Assembly: GCA_030704615.1 (NCBI GenBank)
Contig: CM060731.1
Location: 57,474,001-57,538,000 of the forward strand
Origin: Takakia lepidozioides
Lineage: Eukaryota > Plantae > Bryophyta
Direction of reading: 5' to 3'
DNA length: 64,000 nt
The stretch's first letter is position 1. Each line of letters begins with the position of its first letter. The notes under the pieces were generated by a model that was not told the origin of the DNA, searched no databases, and worked only from the letters and a program-made list of their open reading frames with translations. This document shows positions 12,166-25,146 of this stretch, piece by piece. The translations under genes and the position numbers were made by a program.

Positions 12166-13819
12166 TAGGATGAAATACCCCACACCCCCCACATGTAATC
12201 ATCCCATTATAATACAACACCCTTATGCCTTTCCCTTTATGCAGCCTCTCCCATATTGTCCCCTTTGTCACATAGCTTATAATAAAATGTTTTTAATGGC
12301 CATGCAACAGCGATGGGCTCATTTTTTAATCTCTGGAAACCATCTATAGCATCCTGATAACAACGTAGGTGTTCAGTATCAGTGATGTTATCCCACTTCA
12401 TCCACATCTCGATGGAGATGGGTGCTAAGAGGTTGATGTTGGCTTGCGGGTGCCACATCATGTGCTTGTTGTTGGCCACGTCGAGCTCAACAGAGCGAGG
12501 GGGTGTCCAAGGGACAAAATGCTGATTCCCCGGGGTAGCGCCTGCTGCCCTGTCTTGTTCCACCTGTGACATTTCCACATGCTCACAGAAATCCTTCACC
12601 GCATCAATTTCATGTTCGGGAAGACACATGTGACTTAGAAGTGGGTGATTGGTGACGGAGGGGGTAAAATCCTGCTCAGCATTGGAGGACTCTTAGGACC
12701 AAAAATGATCCCCCTACTGGATCTGTCCGTTCCCAGAATCACAAAAGTCAACTCTGGAACTGGCACATGCCATACCTAAGATGTAATTGTGGACCTGGTG
12801 CTGCTCCGTCTGGATGTGTTTAAGTGTGGCTTGGTTCGATCATTTGGTCTGGTACATGATTAACCATCTTGGGGCTTTCTTTCCTGATGCAACATACCCC
12901 TCAGCGCAAAGCAAGTACTATAACTTCATTGTATGGCTGATGAGGGCTGCCAAATCTGCAATACTGGCTCAGATAACATTCCAAATGATCCGGGAGCTCT
13001 TTTTGGAAGCAGCAGAAACTTTTGCCGATAACCCCAAGGCAAAACTGCTTGATAAGCTACCGGACTCCAAGGGGGCTAGATTCATTGAGAGATTGATCAA
13101 ACCTGGATCTTCTCCGACAGCCTCCCCTCCCCAAACCTGCGTTTAAATAGCTATAAACGGCAACGCATTGAAGGGAAACACTTTCCATCAAAACAGGAGA
13201 CCCATAGGGGCAGGGGTGCTAATTTCAGAGGACGTGGGGGCTACCAAAGAGGTGGCAGGTTCAATCTTTCTCCAACTCCGAGAATGCTAAGTTCGTAACC
13301 AGAACATCCAATGGAGGCTCTGGATCCAATTCCTGCTCCACAATCGACAGTGGGAGCCATGGGTCGAACCGATCCAGGCAGATGGCAGGAGAGTTCTCCC
13401 AATCCACAAGAGGAACTTTGATGCCTGGGAATGATCATGGACAACCTAAAAATGGTATGTCCCTTTCCCTTATGTATGCAGATTTGTGTTGACTTTTGAT
13501 GAGCAAAAAGAAAGAAAACCATGCATAAAGCAGCTGGTTTCTTACACATGTAATACCTTGAATAAAACTAGTTTTTTTTCGGGGTCTATGCTCAATATAT
13601 ACCCCAATCACACCATTAAGGTTGATATACTTGTTTTGGATACCCAATTTGTCTAAAGGTAGCCTGATAATCCTTTTCAGGACATCTTCCGAAGGATTGG
13701 CATATGAGCAGGGAGAGTTTGCCCTTTTAGAGAGGAGTCAAGTATGCACTCCCTTACGGGTGAGTGCATACCACTCACTCCGTAAGGGCCTGCAATACCA
13801 GGGGTTGGATGGTGGGATT

Positions 13820-14610
13820 CCCTCTCTCTCCCTCTCTCTCCCTCTGGACATTGGGCTTATGGAATTGTTGTCCCGACTTCCATCCTTGAGGAAATTGAAA
13901 AAATTGCAAAATTGGTTGTTGCAGGAATTTTGGATGTTTTTTTCCAAAATTTTTTTTAAAAAACTATATTTTTTAGTGAAATATTTCTTCACTAAAAAAC
14001 CTGTGAAACTCACGTCAGTTTCTACTTTTTCAATCCAACCTGGATGAAAAAAGGACTTCATCTGATAGGGCCTAAATACAGGGCAAGACAAGTTTTTTTT
14101 TATAAAAATCCCCCCATGTTTTTATCTAACCTAGAAGAAATACGGACTACATCCGTTGAGTGCAAGACAGGATGAAAGCACGATGTCTTTCATCTTCCAC
14201 GAATGAGAAACGGACAACGTCCGTCGGACGGACGGACTGGCGGATGTTTTTCATCCTGAGAAGGATGGATGACGGGCCAGACAGGGGAAAACCCTGCGCA
14301 ATCCTAATGTCTTTCTTTTTGCGCTGCGAGAGCGCGCGCGATGGCGGCTTGGGAGGAGCGATGGTGCTCGTGCTGCAGATACCTTGAGCTGCCAATCGTT
14401 GAGTATTTATGGCTCCTGTGAGTGACGCCTGGGCGAGCTCTTTAAGGCGATGGCGGTGGCTTAGTGATGAGGGAAGATTCCCTGTCTCAGTTGTCTGTTT
14501 TTTTGCTGCACAAGGGAACCGCGGCAGTGATGGCGGAGGCACCACCTGCATGCCTAGGACGTTTCCCTAGGAGCCCTCCTCTGGATCTTTGATGAATGGC
14601 GGCACAAGGA
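13820..14610 (+). repeat. Unclassified repeat X, copy 1
   Basis: Near-identical inverted copy at 16638-17420 and another copy at ~24380-25146; GGATGAAA/TTTCATCC motifs; hairpin TTTTTAGTGAA-N7-TTCACTAAAAA at ~13970-13998. Confidence 0.85.
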
Positions 14611-15081
14611 GGGGCCTGTTCGTCTTTAGGGTTAGCCATACGTAGTGCAGCCTCAATCTTATCTCCTTTAAGACCATATTCCAAGAGTTCTTTGGTATCC
14701 TCTTCAAGGATAGTAGGCATTCGTTCATGATAGTCAATCAGTCTGATCATGTACTTGCCATTTTTATTTGCAGATAGGCACAGCTTAACCCGATCCTCTA
14801 GAGCCAAAGTCTCAAGCAACAAGATTGGATTGTCATCACCTGAATCAATAGCTGCTGAGTCCAATGCTTGCACTTTAGCATGGAAGTCCGTTGGCTTTGT
14901 TTGTGCCAACACAGCCTGAATAGCAGGGATTGGAGGGGGCAGCGGTGGCTGACATCCCATGGCCTGCAGCTCAACAATCCATTCCGGAGTCTGTTTGGTG
15001 GAACTCTACACATAAACTGGAAATTTAGCCTGGTGACCAAGGGATAGTGTATGCAAAAACCACTAAGCATACTGGACAGTA

Positions 15082-16637
15082 AGAGAGGGAAGATACTTTT
15101 TGTCATGTCAAGACAAAGACAGGACCCCTAGGGTCGTTGTCATGAAAGAATAAATAGACATATCAGCCACTTAACAGTGGCACCATCCATCAATCATCAA
15201 GCTTAGAAAATCCAGAATTGCATCCATGCACAGTAATGTGTTCATGTCAGTATTATTCATAATCCAGAGAGTATGCCACTGATGCTGATTGACCACCAGT
15301 CAAGATCATGATACACTTACAGAGGTCTGGGTGGGATGTCGGGTACTTGGCCATATTTTGGCCTTGATGTGGTGCAGGTCATATAGTCATACAGATTTAC
15401 TGTCTGCAAGCTGTAATCCAAGCATACTTACTAAAACCCCATGGGTGTCATGGAGGGTTTTCTTAGAAAAAAAATGAACACTTGGATATCACAGGTTTAA
15501 ATACCTTGCCTTGCCAGTATTTGTTTTAGACTGGTGTGCAGTACAGCTTGCCCCCACAGGGGATGTGGATATGTCTGGTAAGTTTTCCAGAACACCCCTA
15601 TACCTTTATTTCTTGCTACAGCTGAAAATCAAAGCTCATGACACAACAAGGTAAATATAAAGGACTGCATACACATCCTGTGACAGTATATGGTATTGTC
15701 GGTACACCCTTCACATCATTCCACATTTGACCATGTCATTACACCATGTCGAGGGGGTATTTCCACTTGACCACCCTAGCTGCCTCAAAAACAAATTACC
15801 ATTTACATTACTGCCATATTTCAGTGTCAGCCGAATAGCCACAGGCAGAAACTTCACCATACCCTGGCCTAAGCATCTAGCAAACAAAGCCATCTGGGTT
15901 AGAACATAACATGGGCCTTTTACCAACAGAGGTACCCGAGTAGCTGCAGCAAATAGTTCCTTGCAGCCTCTCAATTTGTTTCCAACTACCATAAGGTAAG
16001 CAAAGCAAACTAGGGCCTGGAAAACAGATGTGTGTCTCTCACACAAGCCATCATAAACCCGGATGTCACATCATAACAGAGGTTTTCCACTGGCTGGGCC
16101 GAACTAGCCCATCGTAGAAAGCATTACACTTGTTCTTCAAAAATCAAGGAAGGAAAGAGGCAGGATCAAGAAAAACCATAGAGTAGTTTAGTTTTTCAAC
16201 ATTTTAGGATGAGTCCCTGGCAAACGATTCCTTCCCTTGCTTTGCAATCCCACTTGGCATCCAGCAGCACCTAGACATCAGAATATTAAGTGGAAGCCCC
16301 CACCCGTGCCCGTCCCAAAAACAACCACAACGCATTGTGAGTTAGTGAGGATGCACGAGGTGTGTAGCAGGCTTCCACACTTGCTATCGAGGTCAAATAC
16401 ACTTCAATCTAAGTGCAGAGAATGCCAAAGCAAGCAAGGAAGCAAAACCAACAGAAAAAAAACCTTTTTTTACTGTTTGGGGGAGAGTCGCCATCTCTCC
16501 ACAAGCCTAACCGTGTAGGGAGGACTCCGCCAGCACCACAACACTGCTACCTTGACCAAAGCAAGGTCTTGCCAAGCACAAGAAAAAAAAAACTTGGTTT
16601 CAAAAGGTAGGGTTTATAAAGGGAGGGAGAGAGACTT
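15082..16637 (+). repeat. Unclassified repeat Y, copy 1
   Basis: Direct copy at ~20552-21890 (lacking ~190 bp); diverged inverted copy at ~18420-19745. Confidence 0.82.
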
Positions 16638-17547
16638 CCTTGTGCCGCCATTCATCAAAGATCCAGAGGAGGGCTCCTAGGGAAACGTCCTAGGCATGCA
16701 GGTGGTGCCTCCGCCATCACTGCCGCGGTTCCCTTGTGCAGCAAAAAAAACAGACAACTGAGACAGGGAATCTTCCCTCATCACTAAGCCACCGCCATCG
16801 CCTTAAAGAGCTCGCCCATGCGTCGCTCACAAGAGCCATAAACACTCAACGATTGGTAGCTCAAGGTATCTGCAGCATGAGCACCATCGCTCCTCCCAAG
16901 CCGCCATCGCGCGCGCTCTCGCAGCGCAAAAAGAAAGACATTAGGGTTGCGCAGGGTTTTCCCCTGTCTGGCCCGTCATCCATCCTTCTCAGGATGAAAA
17001 ACATCCGCCAGTCTGTCCATCCGACGGACGTTGTCCGTTTCTCATTCGTGGAAGATGAAAGACATCGTGCTTTCATCCTGTCTTGCACTCAACAGATGTA
17101 GTCCGTATTTCATCTAGGTTAGATGAAAAACATGGGGGATTTTGTATAAAAAAACTTGTCTTGCCCTGTATTTAGGTCCTGTCAGATGAAGTCCTTTTTT
17201 CATCCAGGTTGGATTGAAAAAGTAGAAACTGACGTGAGTTTCACAGGTTTTTTAGTGAAGAAATATTTCACTAAAAAATATAGTTGTTTTTATAAAAAAA
17301 AAAAGGATAAAGAGCATCCAAAATTCCCTGCAACCCAATTTTGCAAATTTTTTCAAGATGGAAGTCGGGACAACAATTCCATAAGCCGAGTGTCCAGAGG
17401 GAGAGAGAGGAAGAGAGAGGGAGAGATCAGGAAACAGAAAGAAAAAGAGGAAGGTGGGGGGGTGTGACTGAGTAGCAGCTGCTCAGTCCCCCCCCCCCCC
17501 ACCTTTTTGTTTTTTCTTTGTTGCCCGCTCGTCTCCCTCTCTCTCAC
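16638..17547 (-). repeat. Repeat X, copy 2 (inverted), ending in a G/C-tract hairpin
   Basis: Reverse complement of 13820-14610; hairpin GGGGGG..GACTGAG..CTCAGTC..CCCCCC at ~17455-17500. Confidence 0.85.
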
Positions 17548-19768
17548 TTCTTATATGGTTAAGTTTCACCTACTTCCATATGTATATGGTTTCTTGACAA
17601 TACGGATGATAATCATACTGGTTTCATTCCCCTTTTGCGCCTAGTTGCTATGGTTTTGTGGCATACTGATGGGATTTCATCTCATTTTCATCCTGTTATG
17701 ACGAAGTGCATCCTGGAATGGCCATCGCTATGATAAACCTGGTTCTTTTCATCCTAGTATTCTTAACAACTTTCATTGACTGACAACTGTCAGCTTTGGA
17801 ATAAATTAATTACCTGGATGAATGTCGCAGCCTGACACTAAATCGTCAATGCAAACCCTATTTCCTCCTTTGTGCATTGACATCTCTTGCGCGATGGCGG
17901 CATGATGAAGCCAGGGGGCTGAGGCAAGCCGTTACGATAACCACTTGCTTGGCTTTTTTAAGGATTCTATGAATGATCCCTCATTGTTCAATTATTAACA
18001 CCAGCGCTTCTTACAACATCCAGGAAGGTTATCGTCCTTGCTGAAGTGATTGCTGTCGAGGGAATTCATGCAGCAGTTATGAATGACAGGCTGCTTCGGT
18101 GTTTCTGTGAATCCTTCCCCCTGAAGCAATTATGAACGGTGGCACTCCTTATGCAAGACAAGAAGGCACCCTTCCTCTTTATAATGCATGCTTTGCTTGC
18201 ACTAGCTCATGTTTTTTGCTCAGTCTCACTTTACTAGGACTTGGAGCTGTTGGAGCTGCTCACTGTCTTTGTTCAAATCTGTTTGCAAGGACGTCGTGGT
18301 GTTTGGTGCAAGGGCTTGCTGCTGTCTTGCTCAATTTATATGCAGGCTGGGGAGCTATGGCTAGGATCCCCCAGATCGTTCCAACGTTTTTTTAAATCTG
18401 GTTTGCTACCCTAGGAATTATGACATCTTGTTTTGCTTGAATTCTGATTGTTGGACATCGATAGCAAGTATGACCACCTGCCACTCACCTCGTGCATCCT
18501 CACTAACACCCAATATTCTTGTGGTGGTTTTTGGGACGGGCACAGGTGAGGGTGGTCATTTGACATGATGATTTTCTAAGCATACAGGACTTCGTGGTTT
18601 CTTCAAGGGTACAAAGGGCTGTTGCCTACCGACTCGTTCATCAGGGAATATCGTACCATCTCGATTTTCTGGTTTTCACAAACTACAAAGCTTCATGTCT
18701 TGTTTTTTGTCATTCAAGGACAATAAAGATCTTTGTTTACTAGTTTGGGACAATCAAGTTCCAAACTTATGACTTCATTTGCTGGTCACTATTCTGACCT
18801 GCATATGTTTTTCTCAGAACCACAAGGGGTACTTGTTTGTTTTTCGCAAACCCCTAGCATCTACATGACACTCAGGCCGTATGGAGTTTTTCAACTGTTC
18901 TGTTTATGATACCCTGCAGTATTAATTGTGAGACCTCTTTTTCATACCATAATATCTGTACTGCTCTAAACAGATTTTTGACATGCTGATAATATCCATC
19001 AGACATGTACACTAGGCTTTACAGAGTTACATGGGATACATGCCTGGATTTTCAGTCACATTTAAACATCTGCATGGCTTTTTGATACAAAGGATACCTG
19101 GAAAATAGCATCTGTACTTGATGCTTAATAATAATCTTTCAGAGCTGTATCGAATGGCAGTATTTGCCTTTTTGTATCTGCAAACTTGGGATACAAAGGC
19201 TAGAGCTTGTATGTGCTGGAATATACCCATTTGGAGCACTATAGCAACCTGATAAACGACATCTCCACAGGATGCATAACAATTATCAGGGATATGCTAA
19301 GTAAACAGCATGATGTCTCTTTGGCCTTTTAGCTCTGGACAATCAAGATACATTGGCAGTATGGTAAAAGATATTTTGCATTCTGGAAGGGCCATGTTAT
19401 GAAAGCAAGGAGATGACTTTCAATTTTGCTCTGGGCCTGTATGTGCTGTCTAAAATATGGAAACATGGGTGTGGAAAACTTCCCACGCTCCCACCCATAT
19501 TTTCAAGACTTTAAAGGTTCAAAAATATGTCAGGCATATATGTTGAATCAACTGAAACCTACTCTGGTTTTATCAAATGAAGTTTGGTTAATGCTCTTGT
19601 TTTTAAGAAAAAGTTTGATTCTGGATTTCTTAAGGTGCAGATGGATGGTGCCACTGTTTAGTGGCTGATTTGTCAATTTATTTTTTTGACTAAGACCTTA
19701 GTGGCCTTGTCCATGTCCCTGACAAGGCATAGTATCTTCCCTCTCCCTCTCTCTTTTTAACTTTTTCT

Positions 19769-20487
19769 GCAGAGGGGTCAACTCTGAGGTTAAGAAAACC
19801 ATGCTTTGTCGTATTATTAGACCTGCCTTGGAGTACGGATCTGCAATATGGGTTGATAAATCTGACTTAGAGGCTGTAGTGTCCAAAGCCATGTCTGTTG
19901 CCATGAGATTGTCTGATGAAAATGAAGTTAGGCAGAAAACTTCCCTGAACTTGTTTCCAGTTAGTGACATGGGGGAGGACATCTTGGATGACCTCAAGGG
20001 TCTACCCACTCTCGGCACTAGACTGAAATTTAAACTCAGGGCTGGAAGCATGCCTGTGAACAGCAAACAGAAGCAGAGATGAAAGGGAGAGTGCAATTGC
20101 CCGTTGTGTGGGCAATCTGAAGACAGTACTCATTTTCAGATACACTGTCCGGGTTTCTCTCACCAAAAAGACGCTCGCTTCAAATCTATCAAGGGAATTG
20201 TGCCTGTACCTCTGTTTAACAACTTTGAAAGTTTCAAGGTTGAGCCAAAAGCCCAGGCCCTCCTGAGGCCTAGTTATTGGGCAAATCACACACAGCAGAT
20301 TGATGCTTGTGTGAAGGGATTTCTAGAGGATATCTGGAAAACCTATATTAATTCTATATATGAAGGTAATTCTTACTACCAACGTCAGCCCCTGACAGAG
20401 GCAGATTCTGTCCCTTTTGTTTTCGCTCAAACTGGGCGCGGGGTCAATGGCCACAAGGCTACGACAAACAACCTCTTATGAGTACAA
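19769..20487 (+). mobile_element. 5'-truncated non-LTR retrotransposon (LINE ORF2 3' end with CCHC finger; possibly RTEX-like)
   Basis: IIRPALEYGSAIW (RT thumb), KFKLRAG, CPLCGQSEDSTHFQIHC; flanked by a 17-bp direct repeat TCTTTTTAACTTTTTCT (19752-19768, 20488-20504). Confidence 0.8.
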
Positions 20488-20551
20488 TCTTTTTAACTTT
20501 TTCTACACCCTCTCTCCCTTGTGTGGTTTGTTTATTTTTGTGAGCAGCAAA

Positions 20552-21966
20552 AAAGAGAGGGAAGATGTTTTGTCATGTCAAGACAAAGACAAGACCCCTA
20601 GGGTCGTTGTCATGAAAGAATAAACAGACATATCAGCCACTTAACAGTGGCACTATCCATCAATCATCAAGCTTAGAAAATCTAGAATTACATCCATGCA
20701 CAGCAATGTGTTCATGTCAGTATTGTTCATAACCCAAAGAGTATGTCACTAATGCTGATTGACCACCAGTCATGATCATGATACACTTTCAGAGGTCTGG
20801 GTGGGGTGGCGGGTACTTGGCCTTGATGTGGTGCAGGTCAAATAATCATACAGATTTACTGTCTGCAAGCTGTAATCCAATTATATTTACCAAAACCCCA
20901 TGGGTATCATGGAGGGTTTTCTTAAAAAAGAAAGGAACACTTGGATATCACAGATTTAAATGCCTTGCCTTGCCAGTATTTGTTTAGACTGGTGTGCAAC
21001 ACAGCTTGTCCCCACAGGGGAGGTGGATATGTCTGGTAAGTTTTCCAGAATACCCCTATACCTTTATTTCTTGCTACAGCTGAAAATCAAAGCTCATGAC
21101 GCATCAAGGTAAATATAAAGGACTGCATACACATCCTGTGATAGTATATGATACTGTCAGTACACCCTTCACATCATTCCACAGTTGACCATGTCATTAC
21201 ACCATGTCCATGGGGTATTTCCACTTGACCACCCTGGCTGCCTCAAAAACCAGTTACCATTTATATTACTGCCATATTTCAGTGTCAGCCGAATAGCCAC
21301 AAGCAAAAACTTCACCATACCCTGGCCTAAGCATCTAGCTGACAAAGCCATCTGGGTTGGAACATAACAGGGGTTTTTTTACCAACAAAGGTACCCAAGT
21401 AGCTGCAGCAAACAGTTCCTTGCAGCCTTTCAATTTGTTTCCAACTACCATAAGGTAAGCAAAGCAAAATGAGTCCTTGGCAAGCGATTCCTTCCCCCGC
21501 TCTGCAATCCCACTTGGCATCCAGCAGCACCTAGACATCAGAATATTAAGTGGAAGCCCTCACCTGTGCCCGTCCCAAAAACAACCACAACGCATTGTGA
21601 GTTAGTGAGGATGCACGAGGTGAGTAACATGCTTCCACACTTGCTATCGAGGTCAAATACACTTCAATCTAAGCGCAGGGAAGCAAAACAAACAGAAAAA
21701 GAATTTTTTTAACTGTTTGGGGGAGAGTCGTCATCTCTCCACAAGCCTAACCGTGAAGGGTGGATTCCACCAGCACCACAACACTGCTACCTTAACCAAA
21801 ACAAGGTCTTGCCAAGCACAAGAAAAAAGAGCTTGGTCTCAAAAGGTAGGGTTTATAAAGGGGGAGAGAAACTTCCTTGTTCTACCCAAGATGCCGTCAT
21901 TCATCAAAGATCCAGAGGAGGGCTCCTAGGGAAACGTCATAAGCATACAGGTGGTACCTCCGCCAC
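20552..21966 (+). repeat. Repeat Y copy 2 plus first ~75 bp of adjoining repeat X
   Basis: Colinear with 15082-16716; broken at the inversion breakpoint ~21967. Confidence 0.82.
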
Positions 21967-21967
21967 C

Positions 21968-24189
21968 TCACAGCCCCAAAGGCCTCAGGCACGGCCTGAC
22001 ACAGCCCCTCACAGCCCGTCACAGCCCGTCACAGCCCCAAAGTCTCAGGCACGGCCTGTCACATACCCTCACAGCCCGTCACAGCCCAGGCGTCTGCCCG
22101 TCACAGCCGCCACAGCCCTCACAGCCCTAAAGGCCTCGGGCACGGCCTGACACAACCCCTCACAGCCCCTCACAGCCCGTCACAGCCAAAGGCCTCACAC
22201 GGCCTGTCACAGCCCTCACAGCCTCAGGCCACGGGCACAGCCTGTCACACGCCGTCACAGCCCACAGGCCACTGGCACAGCCGGTCACAGCCCGCACACC
22301 GACCACTCACAGCCTGTCACATGGCCGCCCCATCCATGGCCGCTCTGGCAGTTTAGCCATTTCTCCAAGGGGTTTAGCCACGCCAAGCTAGGGTTTGTGT
22401 CTCTTGGACTCTAGGCTTTCTTCCACCGAGCTATGGCGGCTGTGAGGAAATCAGCAAGGTATTCTTGCTCTTTCGGCTCCCACACACCACCATAGTAGCC
22501 CTAAGCCATGAGGTGGTTGCCACAAACCAAGCCTTCTTTCTTACTTAGCCTCCCCAAACACGCCACTAAACTCAATGGCAAACAACCAAGCCCTGCTGGT
22601 TCCCAGCCCTTATGAGCACTCATTCAAGCACTCTCCTTGGCCATAGCATTTGTCTTAGAGCCTATTCCCCCCCTACACCTGCTGCTTCAAGAGTTGCGCT
22701 CCCTTCAAGCTTGAAGTTGAAACCCCAACTCACATAGGCCCTACAAGTGCTTCTTTCACTCCAAGTGGAAACCAGCCCTAGACCTTCCGTTCTAGCTCTC
22801 TAAAGCTTGAAAACAAGAGCCTCAATGGGCTGAAGGCATGCTCCACACATGCCCCACTCTCACCATAAGAGAATCAGCTCCTTTGCTTCATTTCTTGCAC
22901 CCACAAACCTGAAAATACAAGCTTTAGCAGGCTGAAAGCATGCTCCACATGCCCTACAGGGAAACCAGCCCCTTCCTTCCTTTCTTGCACTCCCACACCT
23001 GAAAGTGCAAGCCTTCACCAGGCTGATAGCATGCTCCACACATGCATTGCCCTCACATAAGGGAAGTCAGCCCTTCCCTCTTCCTTGCTTGCCCTCCAAG
23101 CTTGAAGATGGAAGCTTCAATGAGCTGAATACATGCTCCACACATGCAACCTCTTCACACACGAGATATCAGCCCCCTATCTTGGCTCCTTGGCTCCTTG
23201 ATGCTCTCTAAGACAAGACTAAGCACTCCAGAGCCTTTGCCAAGCTCCTGAAACCCTAAGGCTTACATTTCCAGCCACAAGACACTTCTCTTGTGGTGCA
23301 AGAGCTCTTCTTCCAAGCTCTGAAACCCTAGGTGCACATTCCATGGCCTTGCCGTACCTCTTAGCTCCTGTTCTAGCCCTGCTCTTGCCATGACAAGAGC
23401 CCTCTCAATGCTGAAGCTCGAGATTGAAACCTAATCTCACCATACACCACAAAGTGCACTGATTTGCCCCAAGCCAAATCAACCCTTTCGCTTGGTCTTG
23501 CAATCCTTCACACAATGAAAGCTCGCATTCCCAAGTCCAGTTCTCAGCTTTGCCACCAAAGCCACTATAACCTGCTCTTGACTGGTCCTCTTCCCAATCG
23601 TGCTTGCTCATGCATGTACACAATCTGAAACCATCAAGGTGCTCTGGAATTACCTGCAGCATGGTGCTTTCATCTCTGAAGCTGAAGATCGAATGCCAAG
23701 GTCTACCACCTCGTAACCCACATCGCCTCCGCTTCTAACAACCGAGAGCTCCACGCTGCTCCTTGCATAACAACTTGGTTTCTCTCATTCTCAAGCAAAA
23801 ACCACAAGTGCTACAACTAACTCGTATCTGGCACTCACAGATACGAGCTCATCTTTCTCGAGTGATAAAGAAGAAGAATACAAGCACAAGCTCATGCGAG
23901 CTCACAAAGCTGAAGCATAAACTCATGCATATATAACCTCATCACTCAAATACAAGTCAAGCCAAATGCACCCCACGCCATAGGGAATCCACACTACGGC
24001 GCCATAGCTAGGCGCGGTGAGGCTCAACTCGAGAAAGATGAGCCTCCCGCGCTTGCCATGAAGATAACCACTCCAGGGCCTAAATCTGCATTGACCCCTG
24101 GATTGACACTTGGGCCAATCCCAAATGTCAATATGTAAAAGCTAGTTATTTCCTAGCTAGTTTCACACTAGTGGTAAAATAACTTGACA
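21968..24189 (-). mobile_element. Inverted 5' terminus and 5' UTR of Gypsy element C
   Basis: 23863-24189 is the revcomp of 33686-34012; the GGGCTGTGA array at 21968-22320 continues into 25147-25330 once the inversion is undone. Confidence 0.8.
23863..24189 (-). repeat. LTR segment P (5' terminus of element C, TGTCAAG...TTTATCA)
   Basis: Near-identical to 33686-34012; flanked by GCCG (24190-24193 = CGGC on -). Confidence 0.9.
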
Positions 24190-24379
24190 GCCGGCAGAGC
24201 AAACGGATTGTCCGCCCCTTTCTTTGGGGCAGGGGACTTCTTCTCTTTCCCCATAAGCTGGCATCTGTCATGCAAACCCACAAGTTGGCCTCATTAGGAA
24301 ACAACCTCTACATTCCAGATCAAAAACAAAAAAAACCAAGCATGTCGGGGGCTAAGAGCAGCAAGTGCTCGGGGTCTCG

Positions 24380-25146
24380 AGAGGGGACAACAAAGAGAAA
24401 ATAAAAAGGTGGGGGGGGAAGTGACTAAGCACCACCACCAGCTGCTGAGCACCTACGGGCTCAGTCGCTCCCCGCGCCCCCCCCCCCATTTTTTTTTTTT
24501 TTGGTTTCCTGATCTCTCCCTCTCTTTCCCTCTGGAAACTGAGCTTGGAAAAAAATTGCAAAATTGGGTTGTAGGGAATTTTGGATTTTTTTCATCCAAA
24601 ATACAAATTTTTCCCTAGTGAAATATTTCTTCACTAAATACCTGTGAGTTGCAAAACTCCCGTAAGTTTCTACTTTTTCAAATCCAACCTGGATGAAAAA
24701 AGGACTTCATCTGACAGGACCTAAATACGGGGCAAGACATGTATAAACCCCCGATGTTTTTCATCTAACCTAGATGAAATACGGACTACATCCGTTGAGT
24801 GCAAGACAGGATGAACGCACGATGTCTTTCATCTTCCGCGAATGAGAAACGGACAACGTCCGTCGGGCGTACAAGCTGGCGGATGTTTTTCATCCTGAGA
24901 AGGATGAATGACGGGCCAGACAGGGGAAAACCCTGCGCAACCCTAATGTCTTTCTTTTTGCGCTGCGAGAGCGCGCGCGATGGCGGCTTGGGAGGAGCGA
25001 TGGTGCTCGTGCTACAGATACCTTAAGCTGCCAATCCTTGAGTGTTTATGGCTCCTGTGAGCGCCGCCTAGGCGGGCTCTTTAAGGCGATGGCGGTGGCT
25101 TAGAGATGAGGGAAGATTCCCTGTCTCAGTTGTCTGTTTTTTTGCT
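24380..25146 (+). repeat. Repeat X, copy 3 (inside inverted segment)
   Basis: Matches ~13820-14506 and, extending further, the reverse complement of ~16740-17547. Confidence 0.82.

Noticed and set aside
14160-14387. Three-copy 75-aa ORF (MQDRMKAR...) as a small gene family
   Set aside because: It simply follows repeat X; no domain or coding signature.
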